From an uncultured Verrucomicrobiae bacterium (GTDB lineage: Bacteria > Verrucomicrobiota > Verrucomicrobiia > Chthoniobacterales > JAFAMB01), in contig CAWEXO010000011.1 of assembly GCA_963813025.1 (NCBI GenBank), positions 640,001-704,000 on the forward strand: 64,000 bases of DNA. Reading direction: 5' to 3'. Within the stretch, counting starts at the first letter, position 1. Every line of letters starts with the position of its first letter. Below, in pieces: positions 9,665 through 17,767 of this stretch. The notes beneath the pieces are model-generated. The model was not told the DNA's origin. It did no database searches and saw only the letters and a list, made by a program, of their open reading frames with translations. The position numbers and the translations under genes were made by a program.

Positions 9665-10780
9665 ATGAATTGGCTTTTTGTCACTATTTATCACTCGGCA
9701 GCAATGTTCTGGGAGACGCTTTGGGCTCTGGTGCTGGGCTTTACCATTTCCGGGGCTTTGCAAGTATTTGTCAGCAAGGAGCAGATGGCGCGGAAGTTTG
9801 GCCAGACGAATTGGCGCTCGATGGCACTTGCTACGCTGTTTGGCGGGGCCAGCAGTTCCTGCTCCTATGCAGCCGCCGCGGCTGCCCGAAGCGCTTTCCG
9901 CCAAGGTGCCGCGCTCATCCCAGCTTTGGCTTTCATGTTCGCTTCCACCAATCTGGTGATCGAGCTAGGCGCGATTCTCTGGATACTGATGGGTCCGATT
10001 TTTGTGCTCGCTGAAGCGCTGGGAGCGATTCTGCTGGTGCTCCTGATCTGGCTTTGTGGGAAGCTGTTCTTCCCAAAGGATCTCGAAAAATCAGCGCGCG
10101 CGCACACCGAAAACCTGAGTGAGGAAGGCTGCCACACCCATCATCATGGCAGCGAACACCAGGACCGGTGGACAGAGGTAGCGTTCGCGTTCGTGATGGA
10201 TTGGTCGATGCTTTGGAAAGAGATTCTCGGCGGCTTCCTAATTGCCGGATTTCTCGCAGTGCTCGTGCCGCACGACTGGTGGAAGAGTCTTTTCCTGCAG
10301 AACGGTCCGGCTTGGTTGCGCCTGATCGAGAACGCCGTGGTTGGTCCGCTGATCGCCATCGCCAGTTTCGTGTGTTCAATCGGCAATATTCCACTGGCCA
10401 GTCTCCTGTGGAGCGGCGGTATCAGCTTTGGTGGCGTGATAGCATTTATCTACTCCGACCTGATTGTGATCCCGCTCATCTTGATCTATCGAAAATATTA
10501 CGGGGAGCGAGCCGCTTTTTTCATTGTCAGCACGATGTTTCTCTCGATCGTGATCGCGGGTATCAGCGTCGATTTGCTCTTCGCCAGCCTGCATTTGATC
10601 CCGACCGGGCCGCGGCCGCAAGACGCCATTTCGATGGCCCGGTTTGACTGGAACTACCCAACCTGGCTGAACTTTGCGGCGATCGCCTGGGCTGGATGGT
10701 TGATTTTTCTTTACCGCAGATCAGCACGCGCTGCTGGGGCACACAGCTCGGCCGAGCATTTGCCTGAGCATCATCACTAG
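9665..10780 (+). CDS. Predicted permease (DUF318/ArsP-like), probably metal-related
   Basis: Multi-TM; SSSCSY, FMFASTNLV and FVCSIGNIP motifs; His-rich loop CHTHHHGSEH and C-terminal HHH. Confidence 0.8.
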   Translation: MNWLFVTIYHSAAMFWETLWALVLGFTISGALQVFVSKEQMARKFGQTNWRSMALATLFGGASSSCSYAAAAAARSAFRQGAALIPALAFMFASTNLVIELGAILWILMGPIFVLAEALGAILLVLLIWLCGKLFFPKDLEKSARAHTENLSEEGCHTHHHGSEHQDRWTEVAFAFVMDWSMLWKEILGGFLIAGFLAVLVPHDWWKSLFLQNGPAWLRLIENAVVGPLIAIASFVCSIGNIPLASLLWSGGISFGGVIAFIYSDLIVIPLILIYRKYYGERAAFFIVSTMFLSIVIAGISVDLLFASLHLIPTGPRPQDAISMARFDWNYPTWLNFAAIAWAGWLIFLYRRSARAAGAHSSAEHLPEHHH

Positions 10781-10886
10781 CGGGTAGAGCAAAACTTTAG
10801 AACGTGTTTGGAAGTTCGTTCTCGCTAATGCTCGAATGAAGAAATTGTCTCACAACCCCAATATCGGTACAGGCAAGCTCCCACTT
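10781..10886. repeat. Degenerate REP-like composite repeat (left flank of IS630)
   Basis: gttctcgctaatgctcgaatgaagaaattgtctcacaac...cggtacaggcaagctccc; reverse complement matches 1-60. Confidence 0.75.
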
Positions 10887-10893
10887 GACCTCC

Positions 10894-12021
10894 TAGTGCC
10901 TAATTGCGTAAGTTAGTTATATGTATGGCGACTTTCCCCTGGTGTACCTGGGATTTGGTCCATTCGAAGGGAGCCGCATTGTTATTGTAGTTCTTGATGA
11001 AGGTGTCGATGGCGTTGCGCAGCTCTGCCACGCTGGTGAAGTTTGCCCCCTGGAGGGCTTGGCGGCTCAAGATACTAAACCAGATCTCAATCTGGTTGAG
11101 CCAAGAAGCGTGGGTTGGAGTGAAATGAAAATGCACATTGGGGTGAGCCTTCAACCAGCGATCTTGCTTTGGCTTATGGGTCGCAAGGTTGTCTAAGACC
11201 ACATGAATTTCTTTGTCGAGATTTCCGGCAACTACCTGGTTCATAAACTCCAGGAATTCCCGTCGGCGCTGGCGCCGGTAATGACCAGCCTGCACTTGGC
11301 CGCTGGCAATGTTGAGGGCGGCAAAGAGAGTGGAGGTGCCATGGCGCTTGTACTCGTGGCTAAAACCCGTCAGCGCCCTGCCATTGGGCAAGCGAATCCA
11401 ACCTTGGGCTCTTTCCAGGGCTTGAATGGCTGGTTTTTCATCAATGGCCAAGATGAGCGCATTCTGGGGCGGATTGAGATAAAGACCGACAATGTCAGCG
11501 GCCTTGCGCACAAACTCCGGATCGGTGGAAATGCACCAGCTGCGGCGCCGTTCCAATTCAATGCCTTGTTGGCGCAAAATGCGCCAGACTTGATCGGAGG
11601 AAACATCGGCCAGACTCTGCGCCAGCAGTCGCCCATTCCAGCGCCCGTAGCCCGCCGGTGGATCTTCATCCAGCAGCGCCAAGACCCGCTTGACCGTCAT
11701 TTGATCATACTTGGCCGGCTTTCCACTGCGTGGCGCGTCTTCCAAGCCAGCCAGGCCTTGGCGCACAAAGCGCCGCCGCCATTTACTCACCGTCACCTCG
11801 GGAATGCGCAGGCTCTTGGCAATCGCACGTCCACTCAAGCCCGCTGCCGCCTTCAAGATAATCTGACTCCTGACCTTGAGCCGGTGTTCGACCCGTTGCG
11901 CTCGACTCCAACCCTCCAAGAGCTTGCGGTTTTCCACAGAAAGTTTGATGCGACCCGTTGCCATCCATCCAACAAATCATAATTTTTCATAAATATAAAG
12001 AACTAAAGCAACTAAGTACTA
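10894..12021 (-). mobile_element. IS630-family insertion sequence
   Basis: Imperfect terminal inverted repeats CTAGtgcctaattgcgtaagttagttatat (from 10893) versus reverse complement of atataaagaactaaagcaactaagtaCTAG (to 12022); TA at both ends as expected for IS630. Confidence 0.9.
10900..11964 (-). CDS. IS630-family DDE transposase
   Basis: N-terminal HTH (VSKWRRRF, LEDAPRSGKP); DDE residues in IDEK, VLDN, NQIE; HEYKRHGT, HFTPTHASWLN. Confidence 0.95.
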   Translation of the reverse strand: MATGRIKLSVENRKLLEGWSRAQRVEHRLKVRSQIILKAAAGLSGRAIAKSLRIPEVTVSKWRRRFVRQGLAGLEDAPRSGKPAKYDQMTVKRVLALLDEDPPAGYGRWNGRLLAQSLADVSSDQVWRILRQQGIELERRRSWCISTDPEFVRKAADIVGLYLNPPQNALILAIDEKPAIQALERAQGWIRLPNGRALTGFSHEYKRHGTSTLFAALNIASGQVQAGHYRRQRRREFLEFMNQVVAGNLDKEIHVVLDNLATHKPKQDRWLKAHPNVHFHFTPTHASWLNQIEIWFSILSRQALQGANFTSVAELRNAIDTFIKNYNNNAAPFEWTKSQVHQGKVAIHITNLRN

Positions 12022-12049
12022 GTGTTGGATCACAGCTCGCTCTGGACGA

Positions 12050-12306
12050 GCGGGAGCTCATCCCTACCGCTCCTCGTCCTTAATGCCGCGCCGAAAGCGG
12101 CTCGAATGAAGAGGCTGTCTCACAACATCCGCTAACCCACGACCGGTAGGGCGAAAATTCATTCGAGCGCCAGCGAGAACTTGTTTGAGCCGTCTTGGAG
12201 GCGTGGCACACCCCTTATGTCCGGCTCAAACGAGTCCTCGCTAAGGCTCAAATAAATTTTCGCCCTACCGGATCAGGGCCGAGGCCATGTTGCGAGACAG
12301 CCTCTG
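12050..12306. repeat. REP-like composite cluster including a ~129-bp palindrome (12143-12271)
   Basis: CCGGTAGGGCGAAAATTCATTCGAGC...GAGAACTTGTTTGAGCCG - loop - CGGCTCAAACGAGTCCTCGC...AAATTTTCGCCCTACCGG, flanked by TTG(T/C)GAGAC modules. Confidence 0.85.
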
Positions 12307-12425
12307 AATTTTCGCCTTCCCAGAACAGGATAAAAAAGAGGTTTCGAAATAGCCTCTCGCTTCTCAGCCCAAGAAAGGCCCTCTTTCGAACGACCTACTC
12401 CGACTTTGCGCGGGGCTCAGCACCG

Positions 12426-14629
12426 TCAGAATATCCAACTGATTCCGCCCAAAAATCCGCGCCGCGCTCCGAACTGCGGAGCAAAGACGCCAATTCCAGT
12501 GCCGTTCCGAAGTTGATAGCTTTGATCGAAAAGATTCATAACGTCGAACCGGAACTGGAGCAGGCCATATTTCGTCCGGAAGATGAAATATATGCGTCAA
12601 GCCCATGTTGAAAGTGATAGTACGCCGGTCGAGTTCATCCGTATTCGCAAAGCCACTGCTGAGGCCGCTGCCATAAAGGAGGTCGGCATAGACCGTGGTG
12701 TCTTTGTAGGTGTAGGATGCGCCGGCAGAAGCGTGTAACGCTGATCATGGTCAAGAAAGACCCAATGATTGCGAATGAAGGCGAGTTCATCCGGACTCGA
12801 AAAGAAATTGACTGGAGACAATTTGCTTCCCGTTCCGCGTTCGAAGCCGAAATTGGCGTAAGCATTGAATCCGCTTTGGTTGCAATTCGCGGTGACTTCG
12901 ACGCCGTACTGGTTTCCTTTTGCGTAGTTAAAAGGAGTAAAAATCAGAGCTGACCCGAATTGACCTTCGTCAATTAAGTCTCGAGAGATTTTGTAGTAGC
13001 CATCAACACCCATCGAAAGGCGAGCAGTAAATTGCTGGGTCATTCCTGCATCAAAGTAGTTGGCGCGTTCTGGTTTCACTGCAGTATTTTGCAAGATCGC
13101 TGATTGATTGGAGGTGCCGACAAATTGATTGATGGTTTGTGATTGAACAAGCTCCAGCGGAGGCGGTGTAAAGTACCGGGCATAACCGGCATGGAAGCGT
13201 CGTACTCTTGGTCGCTTGGAAGACAACATTGACCCTGGGACTGAGCTGATTTGCATGAGCGTACTCATCCACGACATCGAACCGGGCTCCGAAGTTAATC
13301 GTCAATGGCTGCGAATACTTTCCACTCGTCCTGAAGATAGAACCCATAGTAGGCGCCAGTCTTGGCGCTGGTTGTTAATGATCGTAAGCGGAACATCAAT
13401 GTCTGATTTCCCGCGGCATCAACAGGGAAAACCTGGTTATTGGTATCAACACTCGCGGGCTCCACGGTGACAAGAAACCCGCCACGCAGGATATTGAGAA
13501 TCATTGATCGCCCAGCTCGCATCAAACTGAACTCCGTTGGAAAAGATGCTTCGGTCGATCCGCCTGCCAAACCGGTGAAGATCAGATCCCTTTCGGTCAT
13601 CCGGGGAAAACAAGGTCGCGCTGTAGCGGGTAAACGCCGCCAATTGAAGTTGACGAGTGTCGAAAGATTTTGATAAGCGAGAATCGCAAATGATTCTGCT
13701 CGTGCTGATTTCATTGAGAAACCTGGAATCAAAGTTCGGCGGGAGGCTCCAGCCAGGGCAAAGAGCAGGCGTCTGACCGGGGTTGTCCGGAATCTGGAAA
13801 TCTGAATAGGTACCGCTCAGCAACAGGCTGATCCGACTCGTGTCATCGATAAGATAGGAGAGGTAGGCAAATCCTTTATATTGCTTAGTACCATCGTGGA
13901 TGCCGTACGTAGCCGCCGGTTGGGTTTTCGATCCCAAGATTGTTCTGATTATAGCTGCCGAGGATGAATAATTCAGCCGGCCTGTGCGCCTCCAAATTGA
14001 AACTGCGGGAATAATGGTTTCGTGCGAGCCGCCGTAAAAGGAGAGATCACCACCATTCAAATTCGGTGCCTACCTTGGTGTGAATGTCGATGATCGCCGT
14101 GGTTCGGAAACCGAATTGAGCCGGAAAGAACCGGTGATCAGTGAGACATTTTCACCAGCTGCGTATCGATTTCCTGGCCGAACCCGGTGATCCCTTCAGG
14201 GATCAGCACGTCATCAATTCGAAATTGCAGGTTGGCGTGTTCGTCCCGAACATGCAGTTGCCCATAGGAATCTTGCGCGACGCCTGGAGCCCGCAAGATG
14301 ACTTGATTAAATGGCGCGTTCTCACCCTGCGACTGGGTTTGGATCTGCGCTTGGTCGATCGAGTATTTTGTCGCGCCTAAATAGGGCACAATCTGGCTGC
14401 GCGCCTCGTTGAGCTGGCCGGTAACAATGATCGAGTTGAGTTCATTGCCGATCGGCTCGGCCGAGCTACCCGAGGCATTCCCGAGCGTCTGGTTGGAATT
14501 GGCGCCGAATGAGACAGACGGTGTGGGCGAGATGGTCTGTGCTCCAGTACTCGCTAGCAAAGAAGCATGTCCCAAAACAGTAAATAGAAGGGTCCGGAGT
14601 GAGAAAGTGCGCAGGAAAGGCGGTTGCAT
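12426..14629 (-). pseudogene. TonB-dependent outer-membrane receptor, multiply frameshifted (probably sequencing error)
   Basis: Signal-like N-terminus, plug motif VILRAPGVAQDSYGQLHVRDEHANLQFRIDDVLIPEG, KPERANYFDAG, DLIDEGQFGS; C-terminus QFGARRGFLGGISWIF* with terminal Phe; pieces in several frames. Confidence 0.85.
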
Positions 14630-14636
14630 ATTTTTA

Positions 14637-14675
14637 ATGCAAGTGTATTGCAATACAATTGCAAGAGAATTGCAG
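14637..14675. promoter_or_regulatory. Candidate operator array: four TGCA at 11-bp spacing, giving three overlapping TGCAA-N5-TTGCA palindromes
   Basis: TGCA at 14638, 14649, 14660, 14671, directly upstream of the TBDR start. Confidence 0.55.
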
Positions 14676-14827
14676 TAAGATGCGTGGCTTCGTCCCTGTT
14701 TCGGACAATCGCTTTATTCGTGCCTGGGGCGAGAGACGCCGGGAAAAATCGTGCCTCACGTGTCGCCCTGAAACAGCGGTTCACTTCGCGACCGTTCTTC
14801 CTTGATCGTGCTTGCATCCTCTGATAG

Positions 14828-14841
14828 TGTTCGCTTGAACA
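14828..14841. promoter_or_regulatory. LexA (SOS) box, Verrucomicrobia type TGTTC-N4-GAACA
   Basis: TGTTC-GCTT-GAACA, 4 bp upstream of the lexA ATG. Confidence 0.85.
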
Positions 14842-14845
14842 GGTC

Positions 14846-15445
14846 ATGCCCGAACTGACGCATCGCCAACATCAAGTGCTCGATTTCATTGAGCGGCAAC
14901 AACGAGAGACGGGGTTGCCCCCGACCAGCCGGGAAATTCAGGCACACTTCAGGTTCAGGAGCCAGACCGCAGCGATGAACCATTTGCGAGCTCTCGCAAG
15001 AAAAGGTGCGATTAGCCGGCTTCCGGGCCGAGCTCGATCTGCCGTTGTCCCGAATCTGGGTTCGCTCAAAATTCCATTCCTCGGGCATATCCCGGCCGGA
15101 ATGTCGGTCCAGTCCGAGCAAATAACGGACTCCTCTTTTGTTCTGGATCCGAGCGCGCTCGGGATTCGGCGAGGTCGGGATGTCTTTGCGCTTCGCGTGC
15201 ACGGCGATTCCATGACCGGTGTGCAGATTGCCGATGGCGACACCGTCATTCTGGAACGACGGCCTCCTCGCCATAACGATATTGTCGCGGCGCTGATTGA
15301 CGGAGAGGTGACGCTCAAGCGCTATCAGGACAGCCGGGATGGGACTTTCCTCAAAGCGGAGAACTCTAGGTATCCGGACCTGATCCCGTTAACGGATCTC
15401 ACGGTACAAGGGGTGATGATTGGATTATTACGGCGTCTCGCTTGA
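14846..15445 (+). CDS. lexA: SOS repressor LexA
   Basis: LTHRQHQVLDFI, PPTSREI winged HTH, IPAG cleavage site, VHGDSM (Ser), VTLKR (Lys). Confidence 0.95.
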   Translation: MPELTHRQHQVLDFIERQQRETGLPPTSREIQAHFRFRSQTAAMNHLRALARKGAISRLPGRARSAVVPNLGSLKIPFLGHIPAGMSVQSEQITDSSFVLDPSALGIRRGRDVFALRVHGDSMTGVQIADGDTVILERRPPRHNDIVAALIDGEVTLKRYQDSRDGTFLKAENSRYPDLIPLTDLTVQGVMIGLLRRLA

Positions 15446-15499
15446 ATCGCCAAGAGCTCAGGATATACGGGAAGTTCAGGGAAGTTCAGGGAGTGCAAT

Positions 15500-17140
15500 A
15501 TGCGGTTTGCGATTCGCGCGAAGCGCGGCCATCGTCCTTGCACTAAATTTCAGCCCATTTTGAACTTTTCAGATTTTTTTTCGGTGTATTCAGTCAAAGT
15601 CGCCTGCCTGGCGATCGCTATGGCCTCTTTTGCCTATCGTTCCAGCGAAGCGGAAGAGGCTCCCGTCGTGATCGACTACAGCAAGGTCGTCGAAAAAGCC
15701 GCTGCTCTGGCGCAACAGCCTTTCCTGCCTCAGCTGCAGGAGCTTTCATCCGACATGCTCAATCTGGACTACGACCAGTATCGACGAATTCGCTTTCTTC
15801 CGGAGCGAAGTGTGTGGCGTGATGCTCCTTATCGGATTGGTTTCTTTCACCCTGGCTACTATTTCAAGCGCCGGGTTCTTTTCCGCGCAATCGAGCCGGA
15901 CCGGCTACGCGACATTCCTTTTTCTCCCGCTTATTTTTACTATGACAAACCGATCGTCTTCAGCGGACACGAAGCTTTTGTCGGATTCAAGACTTACGTC
16001 CCGTCTGCGTCGCCGGGTGTTCAGGACGAGTTTATGTCTTTTCTCGGAGCCAGCTATTTTCGGGCCATCGCGCGCGGGCTGCACTGGGGCCTGTCCACCC
16101 GCGGGCTGGCAGTTAACAATGGGATCGGCGGCCAGGAGGAATTCCCGGATTTCCGGCAATTCTGGATACGGGAGCCAAAATCCGGAGATCAGCAGTTGGT
16201 TTTTTATGCTCTCCTGGACAGCGAGAGTGTCACCGGCGGATATGAATTTACGGTGCAGTATGGAGATAGGACGACAATGGACATCCGGGCGACGATCTTC
16301 ATCCGAAAGAAACCGGAAGTTCTCGAATTCGCCCCGCTGACCACGATGTTCTACTTCGGGGAGAATACGGTGAATAAACCAACGCTGAAACCCGACTACC
16401 AACCTACGGGCCGAGCCGATTTTTCGATGAACAAGACAGACTTCAAACGAAGGGAATTTCGTCCACAGGTCCACGATTCCGATGGGCTGCTGCTGGATAC
16501 GGTCTCGGGCGAAAGAGTTTGGGTTCCCTTTGATAACCCGCGCTCGATGACGGTCCGCCAGTTTTCGGATGTCCGGTCGTTCTCCGCGTTGCAACGGGAT
16601 CGCGATATCAATGATTATCTGGATCAGGAAGCAGAGTACAATCGCCGGCCGAGCCTGACGGTCATTCCCACGAGCGATTTCGGGCCGGGTTACGTTCGAC
16701 TCTTGCAAATCCCGAGCGCAGACGAGTACACGGACAACACGGTCGCAGGATGGCAGATACAGAATCCGCCAGAAGCGGGCGGCCACGTGGAGATCGCGTA
16801 TCGGCTTTTGTGGCGCGGTGACGAACCGAACAAGGATCAGTACCGGGTGGTATCGACGACCGTCCGTCCCAGCCCTAGTTCGAACGAGACTCGTTTTGCG
16901 GTGGAGTATGCGCGACCAGAGATCGAGCAGAACGTTCCGGTAGAGGAGCTCAGGCCATACATCGTGGCGAACCAGGGTGGTCAGGTCAAAGACGTCGAAT
17001 TTACTGCGACCGCACGGGGCTGGCTCGTCGGTTTCACAATTTTCAAGCCTTCTCCCTCCCAGGCCATGGACATCAGCTGTGTCATCCTTAGAGGCGATAA
17101 GTTTTTTTCGGAAAAATGGCTATATCTCCTGAATACCTGA
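15500..17140 (+). CDS. opgG: Periplasmic glucan biosynthesis protein OpgG/OpgD family (start uncertain)
   Basis: LDYDQYRRIRF, FLGASYFRA, EEFPDFRQFW, ALLDSESVTGGYEF, FRPQVHDSDGL, SEKWLY. Confidence 0.9.
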   Translation: MRFAIRAKRGHRPCTKFQPILNFSDFFSVYSVKVACLAIAMASFAYRSSEAEEAPVVIDYSKVVEKAAALAQQPFLPQLQELSSDMLNLDYDQYRRIRFLPERSVWRDAPYRIGFFHPGYYFKRRVLFRAIEPDRLRDIPFSPAYFYYDKPIVFSGHEAFVGFKTYVPSASPGVQDEFMSFLGASYFRAIARGLHWGLSTRGLAVNNGIGGQEEFPDFRQFWIREPKSGDQQLVFYALLDSESVTGGYEFTVQYGDRTTMDIRATIFIRKKPEVLEFAPLTTMFYFGENTVNKPTLKPDYQPTGRADFSMNKTDFKRREFRPQVHDSDGLLLDTVSGERVWVPFDNPRSMTVRQFSDVRSFSALQRDRDINDYLDQEAEYNRRPSLTVIPTSDFGPGYVRLLQIPSADEYTDNTVAGWQIQNPPEAGGHVEIAYRLLWRGDEPNKDQYRVVSTTVRPSPSSNETRFAVEYARPEIEQNVPVEELRPYIVANQGGQVKDVEFTATARGWLVGFTIFKPSPSQAMDISCVILRGDKFFSEKWLYLLNT

Positions 17141-17694
17141 CTCTTCTTCGGACGGGAATAAAAGCGTCCCCGGAATGGCGAGAGGCCTGGGATCGGATGA
17201 ACGCTTACCTGGACGCGTTGCGCGCTCCGGAAGGAGTCGATCGCGAATTGATTCTTCTGTCCAGCTTCGAACGAGCGATTGCGCGCAAGCGAGAATCACC
17301 CTTTAGGCCAGCGACGGAGTTGGTCTTTGAGGAAACGCAGAAGAGTCTCGACGAGTCTCTAGGACATCTCATCGGCAATCACGTACCTGAGCACCGGCGG
17401 CCGGCCGAAGAACGAGTGCGCCTATTCCTGAACGAAGCGACAATGGGTGGCGTACTGGGACAGCCCGAGCCAATTGCCCGGGAGGTGGTGGAGGCGATGA
17501 GGGACGTGCAGCTCGACACTGCTCCCCGACCGCAGCCAAGCAGTATTACTCCGCGACCGTTTTCGACATCTCCGATCGGTGCGCGGATAGGCGAGATCGC
17601 TGAGTGGCTTTCGCCGATGGGCACGAACCGGCTTGTAGTTTGGCCGATCGTTTTGCTGCTGCTCGCTTTTGTGGTATACTTCTCGCTGTTTTAA
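17116..17694 (+). CDS. Hypothetical membrane-anchored protein inside the opg operon
   Basis: Overlaps the opgG stop; single C-terminal TM helix; PRPQPSSITPRPFSTSPIG segment. Confidence 0.7.
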   Translation: MAISPEYLTLLRTGIKASPEWREAWDRMNAYLDALRAPEGVDRELILLSSFERAIARKRESPFRPATELVFEETQKSLDESLGHLIGNHVPEHRRPAEERVRLFLNEATMGGVLGQPEPIAREVVEAMRDVQLDTAPRPQPSSITPRPFSTSPIGARIGEIAEWLSPMGTNRLVVWPIVLLLLAFVVYFSLF

Positions 17695-17767
17695 AAGAAT
17701 CAAAAAAACCGCATTAAGGAGAGACGTTTTGTCTCATTTTCAGGAATAGTTGGAGGGTCTGGAGGAT

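Noticed and set aside
11203..11982. 259-aa ORF antisense to the IS630 transposase
   Set aside because: Shadow ORF fully overlapping the transposase; no independent evidence
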